Positions 47,095 to 58,083 of a stretch of DNA of 64,000 nucleotides are shown here, piece by piece; positions within the stretch are counted from its first letter, which is position 1; each line of letters opens with the position of its first letter. The notes below the pieces were generated by a model, which worked only from the letters and a program-made list of their open reading frames with translations, was not told the DNA's origin and ran no database searches. The stretch is from an uncultured Deferribacteres bacterium (GTDB lineage Bacteria > Zhuqueibacterota > JdFR-76 > BMS3Abin05), in NCBI GenBank assembly GCA_964579725.1, contig CAZOHG010000013.1, positions 544 through 64,543 of the forward strand, in the 5' to 3' direction. A program made the position numbers and the translations under genes.

Positions 47095-48834
47095 ATGGCT
47101 GTAGAGAAAACGGGTTATTTCACATTTGTTTTACACTCCCATTTGCCGTACGTGCTGGCACACGGAAAATGGCCGCACGGAATGGATTGGTTAAATGAAG
47201 CGGCGGCAGAAACCTACATTCCCATTCTCAATGCGCTCAATGAGTTGCGTCGGGAAGGGGTGGCTTCCAAAATTAGCATCGGGGTTACGCCGGTGCTCAG
47301 TGAGCAGTTAGCGGACAAAAGTTTTCAATCGGAGTTTGAATCCTATCTTCGCGAGAAAATTGACGCCGCCATTCAAGACCAAATCACTTTTGAAAAACAC
47401 GGCAACACCCACATGCACACCTTGGCACAAATGTGGGAAAAATTTTACAAAGGCATTTTGCACGATTTTGTGACCACGTACCATTACGACTTGGTAGGCG
47501 CTTTTCGAGAATTGTCCGAAGCGGGATTTGTAGACCTAATTACTTGCGGCGCCACCCACGGGTATTTTCCGCTTTTGGGGTTGGATACCAGCATTCAGGC
47601 GCAAGTCAAAACGGCGGTAAAAACCCACACCCGCCACTACGGAAAGCCGCCTCGGGGGATCTGGCTGCCCGAAGCCGCCTACCGTCCACGCTACAAATGG
47701 GTGCCGCCGGTGGATTCGGTTCTGGGCAAAAAACCCTACCTGCGCAAAGGTGTGGATGAATTCCTCAGCGAAAACGGAATCGAATATTTTTTTGTGGATT
47801 CGGCGCTTTTGCGAGGTGGAAAAGCAATTGGTGTGTACATGGACCGGTTCGAGGCGCTGAAAAAGCTCTGGAAGCAATTTGAAAAGGAAATGCCGGTTCG
47901 TGAAGAAGATACGGAAAAATCGCCTTACGAAATCTATTTGGTTAGTTCCAATCCCGAGCTGAAAAAACCGGTGGCTATTTTTACCCGTGACCCCAAAACG
48001 GGCCTGCAGGTCTGGTCCGGTGAGTGGGGCTACCCCGGAGACGGTTGGTACCTGGATTTTCACAAAAAGCACTTTCCCGGCGGACACCGCTACTGGCGAG
48101 TGACCAGCGCCAAGAGCGATCTGGCTGACAAAAAAGAGTACGTTCCCGAGCAGGCCAATTCCAGGGTACCCGAAAATGCCGACCATTTTGTCGGGCTGGT
48201 GAAAGATATTTTGCGGGAACACAGGGCGAAAACCGGCCGACCGGGAGCCCTGGTGGCCCCCTTCGACGCGGAGCTGTTTGGACACTGGTGGTTTGAAGGA
48301 CCGCAATTTCTGAAGGCTGTTCTCCGGCGTTTAGCCAATGACGACGAAGTAATTTTGTCCAACGCCGCCGAAATTTTAGACAGCAAAAAGCCGGTGGAAG
48401 TCATTTCCATCCCCGAAGGCTCCTGGGGTGAGGGCGGCTACCATTACATCTGGCTTAATGAAGACACAAGCTGGACCTGGCCGCACATTTACGCGGCAGA
48501 AAAACGCTTGACCGAAACCCTGAACAAAATGGACTGGCAAACCAATCCCGAACTGGAAGACGTCCTCAAACAGGCGGCCCGGGAGCTCCTTTTGTTGGAG
48601 GCCTCGGACTGGCAATTTCTTATTAGCACCTGGTCAGCACGGGACTACGCCGAAATGCGCTTTGAAGAACACGTGCAAGCATTTAATCGCATCATGGACA
48701 TGGCCGACAAATTGGGTCGGAAAGAGACGCTTTCCGAGGCTGACCGGCTCTATCTTGACGATTCCAAAAAGCGGGATTCTCTTTTCCCTGACCTGGAGTT
48801 GACCTGGTGGCAAAAATTGGACTACCCGGACTAA
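47095..48834 (+). CDS. GH57-family alpha-glucan branching enzyme
   Basis: N-terminal FVLHSHLPYV (the HxHxP of GH57), a DUF1957-like C-terminal helical domain, and about 580 aa as in characterised GH57 branching enzymes. Confidence 0.75.
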   Translation: MAVEKTGYFTFVLHSHLPYVLAHGKWPHGMDWLNEAAAETYIPILNALNELRREGVASKISIGVTPVLSEQLADKSFQSEFESYLREKIDAAIQDQITFEKHGNTHMHTLAQMWEKFYKGILHDFVTTYHYDLVGAFRELSEAGFVDLITCGATHGYFPLLGLDTSIQAQVKTAVKTHTRHYGKPPRGIWLPEAAYRPRYKWVPPVDSVLGKKPYLRKGVDEFLSENGIEYFFVDSALLRGGKAIGVYMDRFEALKKLWKQFEKEMPVREEDTEKSPYEIYLVSSNPELKKPVAIFTRDPKTGLQVWSGEWGYPGDGWYLDFHKKHFPGGHRYWRVTSAKSDLADKKEYVPEQANSRVPENADHFVGLVKDILREHRAKTGRPGALVAPFDAELFGHWWFEGPQFLKAVLRRLANDDEVILSNAAEILDSKKPVEVISIPEGSWGEGGYHYIWLNEDTSWTWPHIYAAEKRLTETLNKMDWQTNPELEDVLKQAARELLLLEASDWQFLISTWSARDYAEMRFEEHVQAFNRIMDMADKLGRKETLSEADRLYLDDSKKRDSLFPDLELTWWQKLDYPD

Positions 48835-49031
48835 ATTTTTGACCCAATGCGCGAGATGTCTTTTGGGTTTTCGGGCGGACTGACCCGTATTTTTGACAAT
48901 CGGCATCGGGCAGGTGGAAAAATGTGGAGTGTGTGGGAGCATTGTTCAAATCCGAGGCAAATCGGTTGCAGTTCAAGAAGTCAACAAACGGTGTGCGGGG
49001 CGTCCTGAAAAAAGAAAAGGTGCGCTCTCCG

Positions 49032-49622
49032 GTGAAAACCGCTGCGTTTTGGTTTGCGTTCGGTCTGTTTTTCTTCTCATCTTCAAGGGTTCCAGATTTG
49101 CGAGCGCAATCTTTTGAGGCCTTTTTGCTGACGGGTCAGTGGCAACCGCAAACCCTCACTACTCAAAATACGGCCTCGCTTTTTGCAGGTAGTGCCAAAT
49201 CGACTCCCTATTTTCAGGTCTGCCTGTGCGAACCCATTCGAAGCGGGCTCTTTTTCGGTCAGGCTTTGGGCTATTGGCATCAAAAAGAAGTGAATACGGT
49301 GGAGGTAAGAACGCTGTCACTGGTTCCGGTAAATCTTTTTCTCAAACACCGTCTGGTGGTGGATTCTCCCATTATGCCGTACGTGTCTTACGGAGGAGGG
49401 GCTGTGCTTGCCTTGCGCCATTCGCGAAATCCCAGCGTGGGCCTGCCGCCGCAGGTGGGGATGGACATTTTTGTGGAAACCGGCATTGACGCGCAACTGC
49501 GACGACCGTTTGGGGCCCATTTGAGTTTTGCCTACCACTACACCAAATTTCAGGCCGATGTGGGAGAAACCGACGATTTTACCGGTCCCCAGGGAATGTT
49601 CGGCATTTTTTGGCAGTTTTAG
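49032..49622 (+). CDS. Small outer-membrane beta-barrel protein (OmpW/OmpA-barrel-like)
   Basis: Signal-like AAFWFAFGLFFFSS; amphipathic beta strands; terminal Phe (FGIFWQF). Start uncertain (a GTG is proposed); the full ORF begins at 48924. Confidence 0.4.
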   Translation: MKTAAFWFAFGLFFFSSSRVPDLRAQSFEAFLLTGQWQPQTLTTQNTASLFAGSAKSTPYFQVCLCEPIRSGLFFGQALGYWHQKEVNTVEVRTLSLVPVNLFLKHRLVVDSPIMPYVSYGGGAVLALRHSRNPSVGLPPQVGMDIFVETGIDAQLRRPFGAHLSFAYHYTKFQADVGETDDFTGPQGMFGIFWQF

Positions 49623-49643
49623 AGCAGAACCGGAATCCCTTCA

Positions 49644-50540
49644 ATGAATGTAATCCTCCGCGCAATTGTCCCCGTTTTCAGTATTGTTGCTCTCGGGTAC
49701 ATATTGGGCTTTTTTAAAGAGTTAGACACCAAGACCCTTTCCGAACTGACGCTCTATTTACTCACGCCGGGGCTGGTTTTTACCAGTTTAATGGAAAGCC
49801 ACATTTTGGCCCGACGGCTTTTGTCCACTGTTGCATTTGCATTTTTGATTTTTGCGGCCTTGGCGCTGGTCAGTTGGACCCTGACGCGCCTGCTTCGCTA
49901 CACTGCAGCGGAAACAAGCGGTTTTGTGCTTTCGACCACTCTCATGAATTGTGGTAACCTGGGACTTCCGCTCATTTATTTTGCTTTCGGAACGGAGGGA
50001 TTGGCAATTGCCGTGATTTTTCTGGTCTGTTTTGTCATTATTTTAAATACCTTTGGGATTTTCACGGCAGCCGGCGGACATCTTCCGGCGGCACGGGCCT
50101 TGCAGGAAATTTACCGGCTTCCGGCCCTGTACGCCATTGCCTTCGCCCTTCTCATTAAGGGCTTTCATCTGACAATTCCGCCTTTGCTCTGGAAACCCAT
50201 TCAAATGATCGGGCACGCGGCCATCCCGATTATTTTGATTGTGCTGGGGATTCAATTGACGCATGCCAATCTGAAAGACCGGCTCGGGCGGATTGGTTTG
50301 GCCGTGGGTGTGCGGCTGCTTTTCACGCCCGTTTTGGCGGTGCTCATTTTTGCCTTGCTGCCTGCCGACGCCTTGACGCGCCGCGTTTTGATTATTCAAT
50401 CCAGCGGACCCACAGCCGTGAATGCCGTCATTCTGGCTACAAAATACGACACGCACCCGGCATTTGTAAGCGGTGTGATTTTAGTTTCGACCGTGCTTAG
50501 TATTTTCACGCTGAGCGGACTTCTGGCTATTTGGGGGTGA
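49644..50540 (+). CDS. AEC (auxin efflux carrier) family transporter
   Basis: 298 aa with about 8-10 TM helices and an AEC-like N-terminus (MNVILRAIVPVFSIVALGYILG). Confidence 0.65.
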   Translation: MNVILRAIVPVFSIVALGYILGFFKELDTKTLSELTLYLLTPGLVFTSLMESHILARRLLSTVAFAFLIFAALALVSWTLTRLLRYTAAETSGFVLSTTLMNCGNLGLPLIYFAFGTEGLAIAVIFLVCFVIILNTFGIFTAAGGHLPAARALQEIYRLPALYAIAFALLIKGFHLTIPPLLWKPIQMIGHAAIPIILIVLGIQLTHANLKDRLGRIGLAVGVRLLFTPVLAVLIFALLPADALTRRVLIIQSSGPTAVNAVILATKYDTHPAFVSGVILVSTVLSIFTLSGLLAIWG

Positions 50541-50661
50541 AAAATCGTGAGGACGGCTTTTTTCTTCTCCCAAAAAGAAAATTTTTTAATTGACAATACA
50601 GGGATAAATTAGTACATTTATTAACAATTTAGGGACTTGCGTTCAAAAACGAGTAAAGAAT

Positions 50662-51648
50662 GTGTCTGAGCTGGTAGAAATTACAGATATTCGTTCCCCC
50701 GTTGTGAGGGAACTGGACCGTTTCGAAAAGGAATTTCTGAGAACTCTGAAAACAGACGTGGATCTCATTAATTCCGTCATTGCCTACGTTGCTGCCCACA
50801 AGGGAAAACGACTGCGCCCGCTGCTGATTTTCCTCATTGCAAATTTACAGGGAGAAAGCACATGGGAATCGATTGAATCCGCTGTTATTGTGGAACTGAT
50901 TCACACTGCCACGCTGATTCACGATGACATTGTGGACGAAGCGGATTTGCGCCGGGGTGCCGCCAGCGTCAATGCCGTCTGGAACAATCAGGTGTCCGTT
51001 TTGGTGGGAGATTTTCTGTTTTCTCAGGCCCTCCAAAAAATGGTGCTTTTGGACAACATGGCGATTAATCGCGTGATTTCTAAAGTGACCATCCAGATGA
51101 GCGAGGGGGAATTGCTTCAAATTGAGCGAGCTCAGGCGTATGATTTGGACGAAGACACGTACTTTCGAATGATTTCCGACAAAACGGCTTCCTTGATTTC
51201 CGCTTCCTGTCAGTTGGGTGCGTTGACGTCCAGTGAAAAGGAGGCCTATTCCCCCAAGGCTTTTTGGGAATTCGGGGAATATTTGGGGCGCGCTTTTCAG
51301 ATTCAGGATGATTTGTTGGACTACCTGGGCGACGAATCGGTGGTGGGAAAACCGGTGGGCAACGATCTCAAAGAAAGCAAAATCACCCTGCCGCTGTTGT
51401 ACGCCTTGACCAATTCGGAAAACGGCCGCGCCGACCGAATCCGAAAAATGTTGGACAGTGACACCGCCGTCGAGAATTTTGAGGAAATTCGCGATTTCGT
51501 AATTCAAAACGGGGGCGTGGACTACTGCCACCGGCGCGCCGGTGAGTACGTGAATTTGGCGTTACAAATTTTGGAGCCCTTTAAGCTGTCTCCCGCAAAA
51601 GAGGCGCTTATAAATCTGGTGGAGTTTGCAGCCAACCGTGAAAAATAG
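50662..51648 (+). CDS. ispB: Polyprenyl (octaprenyl/heptaprenyl) diphosphate synthase
   Basis: First and second Asp-rich motifs, LIHDDIVDEADLRRG and FQIQDDLLDY. Confidence 0.85.
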   Translation: MSELVEITDIRSPVVRELDRFEKEFLRTLKTDVDLINSVIAYVAAHKGKRLRPLLIFLIANLQGESTWESIESAVIVELIHTATLIHDDIVDEADLRRGAASVNAVWNNQVSVLVGDFLFSQALQKMVLLDNMAINRVISKVTIQMSEGELLQIERAQAYDLDEDTYFRMISDKTASLISASCQLGALTSSEKEAYSPKAFWEFGEYLGRAFQIQDDLLDYLGDESVVGKPVGNDLKESKITLPLLYALTNSENGRADRIRKMLDSDTAVENFEEIRDFVIQNGGVDYCHRRAGEYVNLALQILEPFKLSPAKEALINLVEFAANREK

Positions 51649-52678
51649 AATCCCGGTCTTTCTCATTCTGTTCCTTGTTTTTGTCGGATGTGTTCGGCAC
51701 TCTCCCATTTCCACCCTGAAACAAACCCGTTTGCAAATGGGCACGTTTGTGACCATTTCCGTTTACCAGAAAAATCGAAGCAGAAAGGCCGAAAAAGCTG
51801 TTGCCGCCGCTTTTCAAAGAATAAAAGACATTGAAGAAAAAACGTCCTATTTTATTCGGAACGACGAAATCTGGCAGGTGAACGCCTTCGCCGGGAAACG
51901 GGGTGTGCCGGTGGATTCCGACTTGGTGCGTTTGGCCAAAGAAAGCGAAAAAATTTCCCTCTGGACGGCCGGGGCATTCGACGTCACGGTGGGGCCCCTG
52001 CGGCGGCTCTGGAATTTTGATTCCACACGAACAACCTTGCCCGATTCCGGTGCCATCGCCGCACTTCTTCCCCTGGTGGATTTTCACCACTTTGTGTTGC
52101 GGGGAAATTTTCTGTACTTAACTCGTCCCCAAATGCAGGTCGATTTCGGAGGCATTGCCAAGGGCTACGCGGTGGACGAAGCCATGAAAATTCTGAAGGC
52201 CAGGGGCGTGACAGACGCCTTGGTCGATGCCGGTGGAGATTTTAGCGCGGTGGCCGGCCCCCTTACGAAGGGGAAAAGAAAAGTGTGGATTCGGCATCCA
52301 CGCAAACCGCAGGGATTTTTCGGTTGGTTCCCGATGGACAGCGGCTGCGTGGCGACTTCCGGCGATTACGAGCAGTATTTCGTCCTCAACGGGGTGCGCT
52401 ACCACCACATTTTGGACCCTAAAACGGGCTGGCCCGCGCGAGGCTGCGTGAGCGTGACAATTCAAGCTCCCTCCACAATGGAAGCCGACGCTCTGGCGAC
52501 CGGTATTTTCGTCTTAGGCCCCCAGAAAGGCCTGCGCGTGATTGAATCGCACCCTAACATTGAAGGAGTGATTCTGTTTCAAAGAAGTCCCACGGAACTG
52601 GGCTACCTGGTGTCGTCGGGTCTCAAGAAAAAGCTACAAGTCGTCGATACGACGATAGGGGAAACCATTCAAAAATAG
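51626..52678 (+). CDS. apbE: FAD:protein FMN transferase (ApbE family) lipoprotein
   Basis: Lipoprotein signal (FVGC); ApbE-like core with [12 protein letters not shown]. Confidence 0.75.
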   Translation: MQPTVKNRIPVFLILFLVFVGCVRHSPISTLKQTRLQMGTFVTISVYQKNRSRKAEKAVAAAFQRIKDIEEKTSYFIRNDEIWQVNAFAGKRGVPVDSDLVRLAKESEKISLWTAGAFDVTVGPLRRLWNFDSTRTTLPDSGAIAALLPLVDFHHFVLRGNFLYLTRPQMQVDFGGIAKGYAVDEAMKILKARGVTDALVDAGGDFSAVAGPLTKGKRKVWIRHPRKPQGFFGWFPMDSGCVATSGDYEQYFVLNGVRYHHILDPKTGWPARGCVSVTIQAPSTMEADALATGIFVLGPQKGLRVIESHPNIEGVILFQRSPTELGYLVSSGLKKKLQVVDTTIGETIQK

Positions 52679-52700
52679 GCTCAAAAAAAAGGAGTTTGAC

Positions 52701-53648
52701 ATGCCACGGACATTGGTAACCGGCGGAGCAGGATTTTTGGGTTCGCACCTTTGCGAATATTTGCTCAAACAAGGGCACGAAGTCATTGCCATGGACAACT
52801 TGGCCACGGGGAATATTGAGAATATTGAGCATTTACAGACGGAAAAATTCAAATTCATTAAGTACGACGTGACCGAGTACATTTACGTGGCCGGTGAAAT
52901 CGACTACATTTTGCATTTTGCCTCTCCGGCCAGTCCCATTGACTATTTGAAAATGCCGATTCAGACCCTCAAAGTGGGATCGTTGGGAACTCACAAGGCG
53001 CTGGGTTTGGCCAAAGAGAAAAACGCCACCTTTTTGCTGGCGTCAACCTCTGAGGTGTACGGGGACCCGCTAATCCACCCTCAGAAAGAGAGTTATTGGG
53101 GTAATGTGAATCCGGTAGGGCCGCGCGGCGTGTACGACGAGGCCAAACGCTTCGCCGAAGCTCTGACCATGGCCTACCACCGCTACCACGGTGTGGACAC
53201 CAAAATCGTACGCATTTTTAACACCTACGGCCCACGTATGCGGTTGGGCGACGGACGAGCCATTCCCACGTTTATTCCGCAGGCCTTGACTAACAAGCCG
53301 GTTTCGGTTTTTGGCGACGGTTCACAGACCCGCAGTTTTACGTACGTGGACGACACGGTGGCGGGCATTTACAAACTTCTCATTTCGGATTACCACGACC
53401 CCGTCAATATTGGAAATCCCCACGAAATGACCATTCGGCAAATTGCGGAAAAGATTATTCAAATGATCGGAAGCAGCAGCATCATTAAAGAAGAACCTTT
53501 ACCCATTGACGACCCGAAAGTGCGCCAACCGGACATTACCCTGGCACGCGAAGTGTTGGGCTGGGAGCCAAAAGTGGAGGTGGAAGAAGGCCTGACCAAA
53601 ACCATTGCCTGGTTCCGAAGCTTAAAAGATTGGTCGAAAGAAAGGTAG
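52701..53648 (+). CDS. UDP-glucuronate decarboxylase (UDP-xylose synthase)
   Basis: Near-colinear with UXS sequences: [45 protein letters not shown]. Confidence 0.85.
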   Translation: MPRTLVTGGAGFLGSHLCEYLLKQGHEVIAMDNLATGNIENIEHLQTEKFKFIKYDVTEYIYVAGEIDYILHFASPASPIDYLKMPIQTLKVGSLGTHKALGLAKEKNATFLLASTSEVYGDPLIHPQKESYWGNVNPVGPRGVYDEAKRFAEALTMAYHRYHGVDTKIVRIFNTYGPRMRLGDGRAIPTFIPQALTNKPVSVFGDGSQTRSFTYVDDTVAGIYKLLISDYHDPVNIGNPHEMTIRQIAEKIIQMIGSSSIIKEEPLPIDDPKVRQPDITLAREVLGWEPKVEVEEGLTKTIAWFRSLKDWSKER

Positions 53649-53832
53649 ATTTCACTTACCGGAAGCGTTCGGTTTTGCTTCTCGTTGCAGGTGTTTTCTC
53701 AAAACTTCGGAAATGAAAAAATTGCCCCCTTTTTAGATGTCGGGCAATTTTTTCTTTTTGTGCTTCGTTCAGAGACAAACGGGAAATGGCAGGGGAAAGG
53801 AATAAAAATCGGTAAAACGGCAGGGAAACAGC

Positions 53833-54843
53833 GTGAAAATCCTCTTACTTCGATTTAGTGCAATCGGCGACGTGGTCCTGACGTCGGCTGCCATTCGAAT
53901 GCTTCGGGAAAAATACCCCGACGCTCGAATCGACATGGTGGTACGTCAAGGACTTGAACCGCTAATGGTGCACAACCCCCGCCTCAACCGCATTTTTACC
54001 CTACCGCCTTCGGCTACCCCAAAAGATTTGCAGGCCTTGGCGGCCACACTCAATACAGTTCGTTACGACTGGATTTTCGACTGGCAGAAGCACACGAAGA
54101 GTTACCTGTTGTCCTGGTTGGTCAAGGGAAAGGTCCGCCGGTTTCCCAAATACGCGGGAAAGCGGTTTTTTCTTGTTTATTTCAAGAAAAATTATTATCG
54201 TAACATCGTACCTGTGCCGCTCCGGTACTTGAAAGCGCTCAGGCCCCTGGACGTAACCGATGACGGCAAGGGCCTGGAGCTTTTTATTCCGGAGGAGACC
54301 CAAAGAGCGGTTTCAAAAAAATGGCCGCTGGTAGCAGAATCTTTCTGGGCTTTTGCTCCTGGTGGCGGGCGCGCAACCAAGCGCTGGCCCACGCATTATT
54401 TTGTGGAATTAATCGCCCTTTACTTGCAGAAACCGGGGCGAAAAGTCGTTTTAGTGGGGGGAAAAGAGGATGAAGCCGTTTGTCGTTACATTGAGGAACG
54501 ACTTTCCCACGAGGTGCTGAATCTCTGCGGAAAGACCACACTTTTGGAAACCGCAGCGGTTTTGCAAAAATCCGGGGGATTGGTTTCGAACGACACGGGC
54601 GTCCTTCACATGGCCGCGGCTTTTCAAAAACCGATTGTGGCGATTTTCGGACCAACGGTGAAAGAATTCGGATTTTTCCCGTTTCGCACGCCCAATGTGG
54701 TGCTGGAAAAAAGTCTCCCGTGTCGACCCTGTTCCTTTCACGGAACCGACAGGTGTCCGTTGGGGCATTTTTCGTGTATGGCGACGATTTTGCCTGAAGA
54801 GGCGCTTCAGGCGGTCAATTACTTTGACGAAAGATTGTTTTAA
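53833..54843 (+). CDS. Glycosyltransferase family 9 (LPS heptosyltransferase)
   Basis: MKILLLRFSAIGDVVLTSAAIRMLREKYPDARI and a C-terminal GNDTG motif (VSNDTGVLHMAAA). Confidence 0.8.
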   Translation: MKILLLRFSAIGDVVLTSAAIRMLREKYPDARIDMVVRQGLEPLMVHNPRLNRIFTLPPSATPKDLQALAATLNTVRYDWIFDWQKHTKSYLLSWLVKGKVRRFPKYAGKRFFLVYFKKNYYRNIVPVPLRYLKALRPLDVTDDGKGLELFIPEETQRAVSKKWPLVAESFWAFAPGGGRATKRWPTHYFVELIALYLQKPGRKVVLVGGKEDEAVCRYIEERLSHEVLNLCGKTTLLETAAVLQKSGGLVSNDTGVLHMAAAFQKPIVAIFGPTVKEFGFFPFRTPNVVLEKSLPCRPCSFHGTDRCPLGHFSCMATILPEEALQAVNYFDERLF

Positions 54844-54893
54844 GAATCGAGGCGTCTGCTTCGCTCGGACGCTTCCAAAATGGACAGGTTAGT

Positions 54894-56198
54894 GTGACGG
54901 AAACTGTCTGGTTTGTGCTGTACAACGCAATCGGAGTGCCCTTGATGTGGGGCACATTTCATTTTTTGAGTCTTTTCAATCGGAAGGTGCGCCACGGGAT
55001 TCGCGGGCGGAAAAGGCTCTGGCGAGATCTGGCCGAATTCCGCCGCAAAGATGAACCGGCTTCGAGCCCCAGGCTTGTTTTCCACAGCGCTTCTCTGGGG
55101 GAATACGAACAAATCCGCCCGATTTTACACCGATTGAAAGAAAATCACCCCGATTGGAAATTGGTGGTGACCTTTTTTTCCCCCTCCGGCTACGAAAATT
55201 TCAAAAACGGAGGCGATCTTGATTTGGCCGTTTACCTTCCTTTTGATTCGCTACGCAGCGTGCAGCGTTTTTTGAGTTGGGTCAAGCCGTCCGCACTGAT
55301 TATTTCCAAACATGATGTGTGGCCAAATTTGATCTGGACGGCGGAGCGGCGCAGCATTCCCGTGCTTCTGATTAATGCCACCCTTCCACAGGATTCCAAA
55401 ATAACCCGGTGGCCCGGGCGTTCTTTTTACCGCCGGGTGTACGCCAGAATGACGGCTATTTTCCCGGCTTCTCAAACCGACCTGGCCGAATTCCGAAAAT
55501 TAACGGCCCCGGGGAGCCGTTTGCGGGTGTTGGGAGACACCCGATTTGACCAGGTATTGCGTCGCGCCGAAGAAAGTCGCTCCGGGCGTTTCTTCCCGGA
55601 GGAATGGCGCACCTGCCCTCTGATTTTTGTGGCCGGTAGCACCTGGCCCTCGGACGAGGAACACCTGTTACCCGCACTGTTTACGTTTTTTAAAAAAGCT
55701 CCTGAAAGCTGTTTTGTCATTGTGCCGCACGAACCGACCGAAAACCACGTGGCCGAACTGCTGGGCGCTTTTGCGTCTGAGAAAATTCCGGTGTTGTTGT
55801 ACTCAAAATGGCGACAGGGGCAATCGGCCTCTTCCTACCATTTTTTACTGGTAGATGAAATCGGCGTGCTGGCCAATTTGTACGCTTACAGTCACGTGGC
55901 GTACGTGGGAGGCAGTTTCGACCCGGGTGTGCACAATGTCATGGAGCCTGCCGCTTCTGCCAACGCCGTACTGTTTGGCCCGAAAATCCTGAATTCCCCC
56001 GAGGCGCAGGAATTGGTGCGGCGTGGGGCTGGTTTTGTGGTCAATTCCGCTCGTGAAATAGTTGCCGTTTTGCGTACGCTGACTTCCAACCCGGAGAAAC
56101 TAACGACAGCCCGCCAAACAGCCCGTCATTTCGTGTTAGAAAATGTCGGAGCCACCGAAGCCATTGTGCGTGAAATTGAATCCGCTGTTTCCGTTTAG
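54894..56198 (+). CDS. waaA: 3-deoxy-D-manno-octulosonic acid (Kdo) transferase
   Basis: GT30 KdtA-like N-terminus (VFHSASLGEYEQIRPIL), about 430 aa. Confidence 0.8.
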   Translation: MTETVWFVLYNAIGVPLMWGTFHFLSLFNRKVRHGIRGRKRLWRDLAEFRRKDEPASSPRLVFHSASLGEYEQIRPILHRLKENHPDWKLVVTFFSPSGYENFKNGGDLDLAVYLPFDSLRSVQRFLSWVKPSALIISKHDVWPNLIWTAERRSIPVLLINATLPQDSKITRWPGRSFYRRVYARMTAIFPASQTDLAEFRKLTAPGSRLRVLGDTRFDQVLRRAEESRSGRFFPEEWRTCPLIFVAGSTWPSDEEHLLPALFTFFKKAPESCFVIVPHEPTENHVAELLGAFASEKIPVLLYSKWRQGQSASSYHFLLVDEIGVLANLYAYSHVAYVGGSFDPGVHNVMEPAASANAVLFGPKILNSPEAQELVRRGAGFVVNSAREIVAVLRTLTSNPEKLTTARQTARHFVLENVGATEAIVREIESAVSV

Positions 56199-56205
56199 GC
56201 CCGCC

Positions 56206-56982
56206 ATGATTGTCGTCAAGAATCTTGCATTTTCCTATTCTCCCGAATCACCATTCGTCTTTAGCGAGCTCAATCTGACGCTAAAAGAGGGAGAATTTGT
56301 CAGTTTTATGGGTAGTAATGGCTCGGGCAAGACCACCCTGGCGCGATGTCTCAACGGCTTGAATCTGCCTTCTCAAGGAGAGGTTTGGGTGGACGGCCTG
56401 AACAGCTCGGATCCGGCCGAAAACATGAAAATACGCGCCCGCGTGGGCATGGTGTTCCAGAACCCGGACAACCAGATTGTGTCCACCACGGTAGAGCGGG
56501 AAGTTGCATTCGGTTTGGAAAATTTGGGGATTCCGCACACGGAAATGCAGCCAATTGTGGAAGAAAAACTTCGGCAATTCGATTTGGAAAAATATCGGTA
56601 CCGGGCCCCCCACACACTTTCCGGCGGAGAGAAACAGCTGCTGGCCCTGGCGTCGGTTTTGGCCATGAAACCCCGGTATGTGATCTTTGACGAGCCGACC
56701 TCCCTTCTCGACCCCCTCTGGCGAGAACGCATTTTGGAAACGGTTGCGGAACTCCATAAATCCGGCCAAATTACCCCCATTTTGATTACCCAATTTCCGG
56801 AAGAGACCTTGCAATCCGATCGTTTAATTGTTTTGAACGAAGGGAAAATCTTTCTGGACGATTCACCGGGGAAAATTTTTGAAAAGCCCGAACCCCTGCG
56901 GGAAGCGGGTGTCGGAATTCCCCTAAAATTCCAGATTCGTTCGCTTTTACCGGACGGGTACCGGTGGGAGGGCGAGGCATGA
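56206..56982 (+). CDS. ECF-type ABC ATPase (EcfA-like)
   Basis: Walker A GSNGSGKTT, the VFQNPDNQIVSTTVEREVAFGLENLGIP pattern typical of EcfA, LSGGEKQ and DEPTS. Confidence 0.65.
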   Translation: MIVVKNLAFSYSPESPFVFSELNLTLKEGEFVSFMGSNGSGKTTLARCLNGLNLPSQGEVWVDGLNSSDPAENMKIRARVGMVFQNPDNQIVSTTVEREVAFGLENLGIPHTEMQPIVEEKLRQFDLEKYRYRAPHTLSGGEKQLLALASVLAMKPRYVIFDEPTSLLDPLWRERILETVAELHKSGQITPILITQFPEETLQSDRLIVLNEGKIFLDDSPGKIFEKPEPLREAGVGIPLKFQIRSLLPDGYRWEGEA

Positions 56983-57836
56983 TTCGCTTCCAGGATGTTT
57001 CCTTTCGGTACAGTGAGGGATTGGAAGGTTTTCTTTCTTCGGAAGCCGTACTTCAAAATATTTCTTTTCGAATTGCGCCCGGAGAATTTGTGGGACTGGT
57101 GGGTCCCAGCGGATCGGGAAAAACCACGCTTATTCAACATTTCAACGGACTTTTAAAACCAACCACCGGCAAAATTTGGGTGGCCGGGGAAGAGATTACG
57201 GAGAAAAAAAAGAATTTAAAAGAGATTCGAAAGCGCGTGGGGATCATTTTTCAGTTTCCCGAGCTGCAATTTTTTGAGAACACGGTTTTTGAGGAAGTTT
57301 CCTACGGCCCGCAAAATCTGGGAATTCCGGCCGCAGAGATTGAAAAGCGCATTCAAAAGGCTTTTGAATGGTTGGACATGGATTTAAACCGATTTCGTCG
57401 GCGTTCTCCGTTTCGCTTGAGCGAGGGGGAAAAGCGCCGCGTGGCTATTGCCAGCGTTTTGGTCATGGAACCGGACGTCCTCATTTTCGACGAGCCGACC
57501 GCCGGACTGGACTACACCGGGGTGACGTTGCTACGCCGATTTATTCGCAATCTGCGCCGAACCAACAAGACCGTGGTGCTGGTTTCCCACGACATGGATT
57601 TTATTGCCGAACTGGTAGACCGTGTCCTCTGTTTGAAAGACGGACAGGTGCACTTCGATGGAACAAAGGCGGATTTTTTCGCCAATGATTCTCTTTTGCG
57701 GGAGGCCAAACTGAGGCCGCCGGAAATTGTCCGTTGGGTCCGCCGGCTCCGTCAACAGGGGCTTCCCCTCAGTGCCGATTTGTTCAGTTCGGAAGAACTC
57801 CTTCAGTTTTTAAGAAATCTCAAGAAAAATAATTAG
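56979..57836 (+). CDS. ECF-type ABC ATPase (EcfA'-like)
   Basis: GPSGSGKTT, IFQFPELQFFENTVFEEVSYGPQNLGIP, LSEGEKRR, DEPTAGLD. ATGA overlap with the preceding gene. Confidence 0.65.
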   Translation: MIRFQDVSFRYSEGLEGFLSSEAVLQNISFRIAPGEFVGLVGPSGSGKTTLIQHFNGLLKPTTGKIWVAGEEITEKKKNLKEIRKRVGIIFQFPELQFFENTVFEEVSYGPQNLGIPAAEIEKRIQKAFEWLDMDLNRFRRRSPFRLSEGEKRRVAIASVLVMEPDVLIFDEPTAGLDYTGVTLLRRFIRNLRRTNKTVVLVSHDMDFIAELVDRVLCLKDGQVHFDGTKADFFANDSLLREAKLRPPEIVRWVRRLRQQGLPLSADLFSSEELLQFLRNLKKNN

Positions 57837-58083
57837 TTAGAAAAGAAGAACGTCCCCTATTCGGACCTCTAACCAATTTTTCCCTCTTGGAATCAGACCG
57901 GTAGAAACCACAAAATTGTAATTCCTTCGCCTTTGCAACTTGATTTTTTCCAACTTCAGCCGATAAAATAAAGGGCCCTAAGGAAAGCGGATTTCAAAAT
58001 TGCAAGTGTCTAAAACCGTTGGAATGGAATTTGCAAAATTGAAATGCGACGAAGGGCAACCGATTAAAAATAGAGGATTTGTT

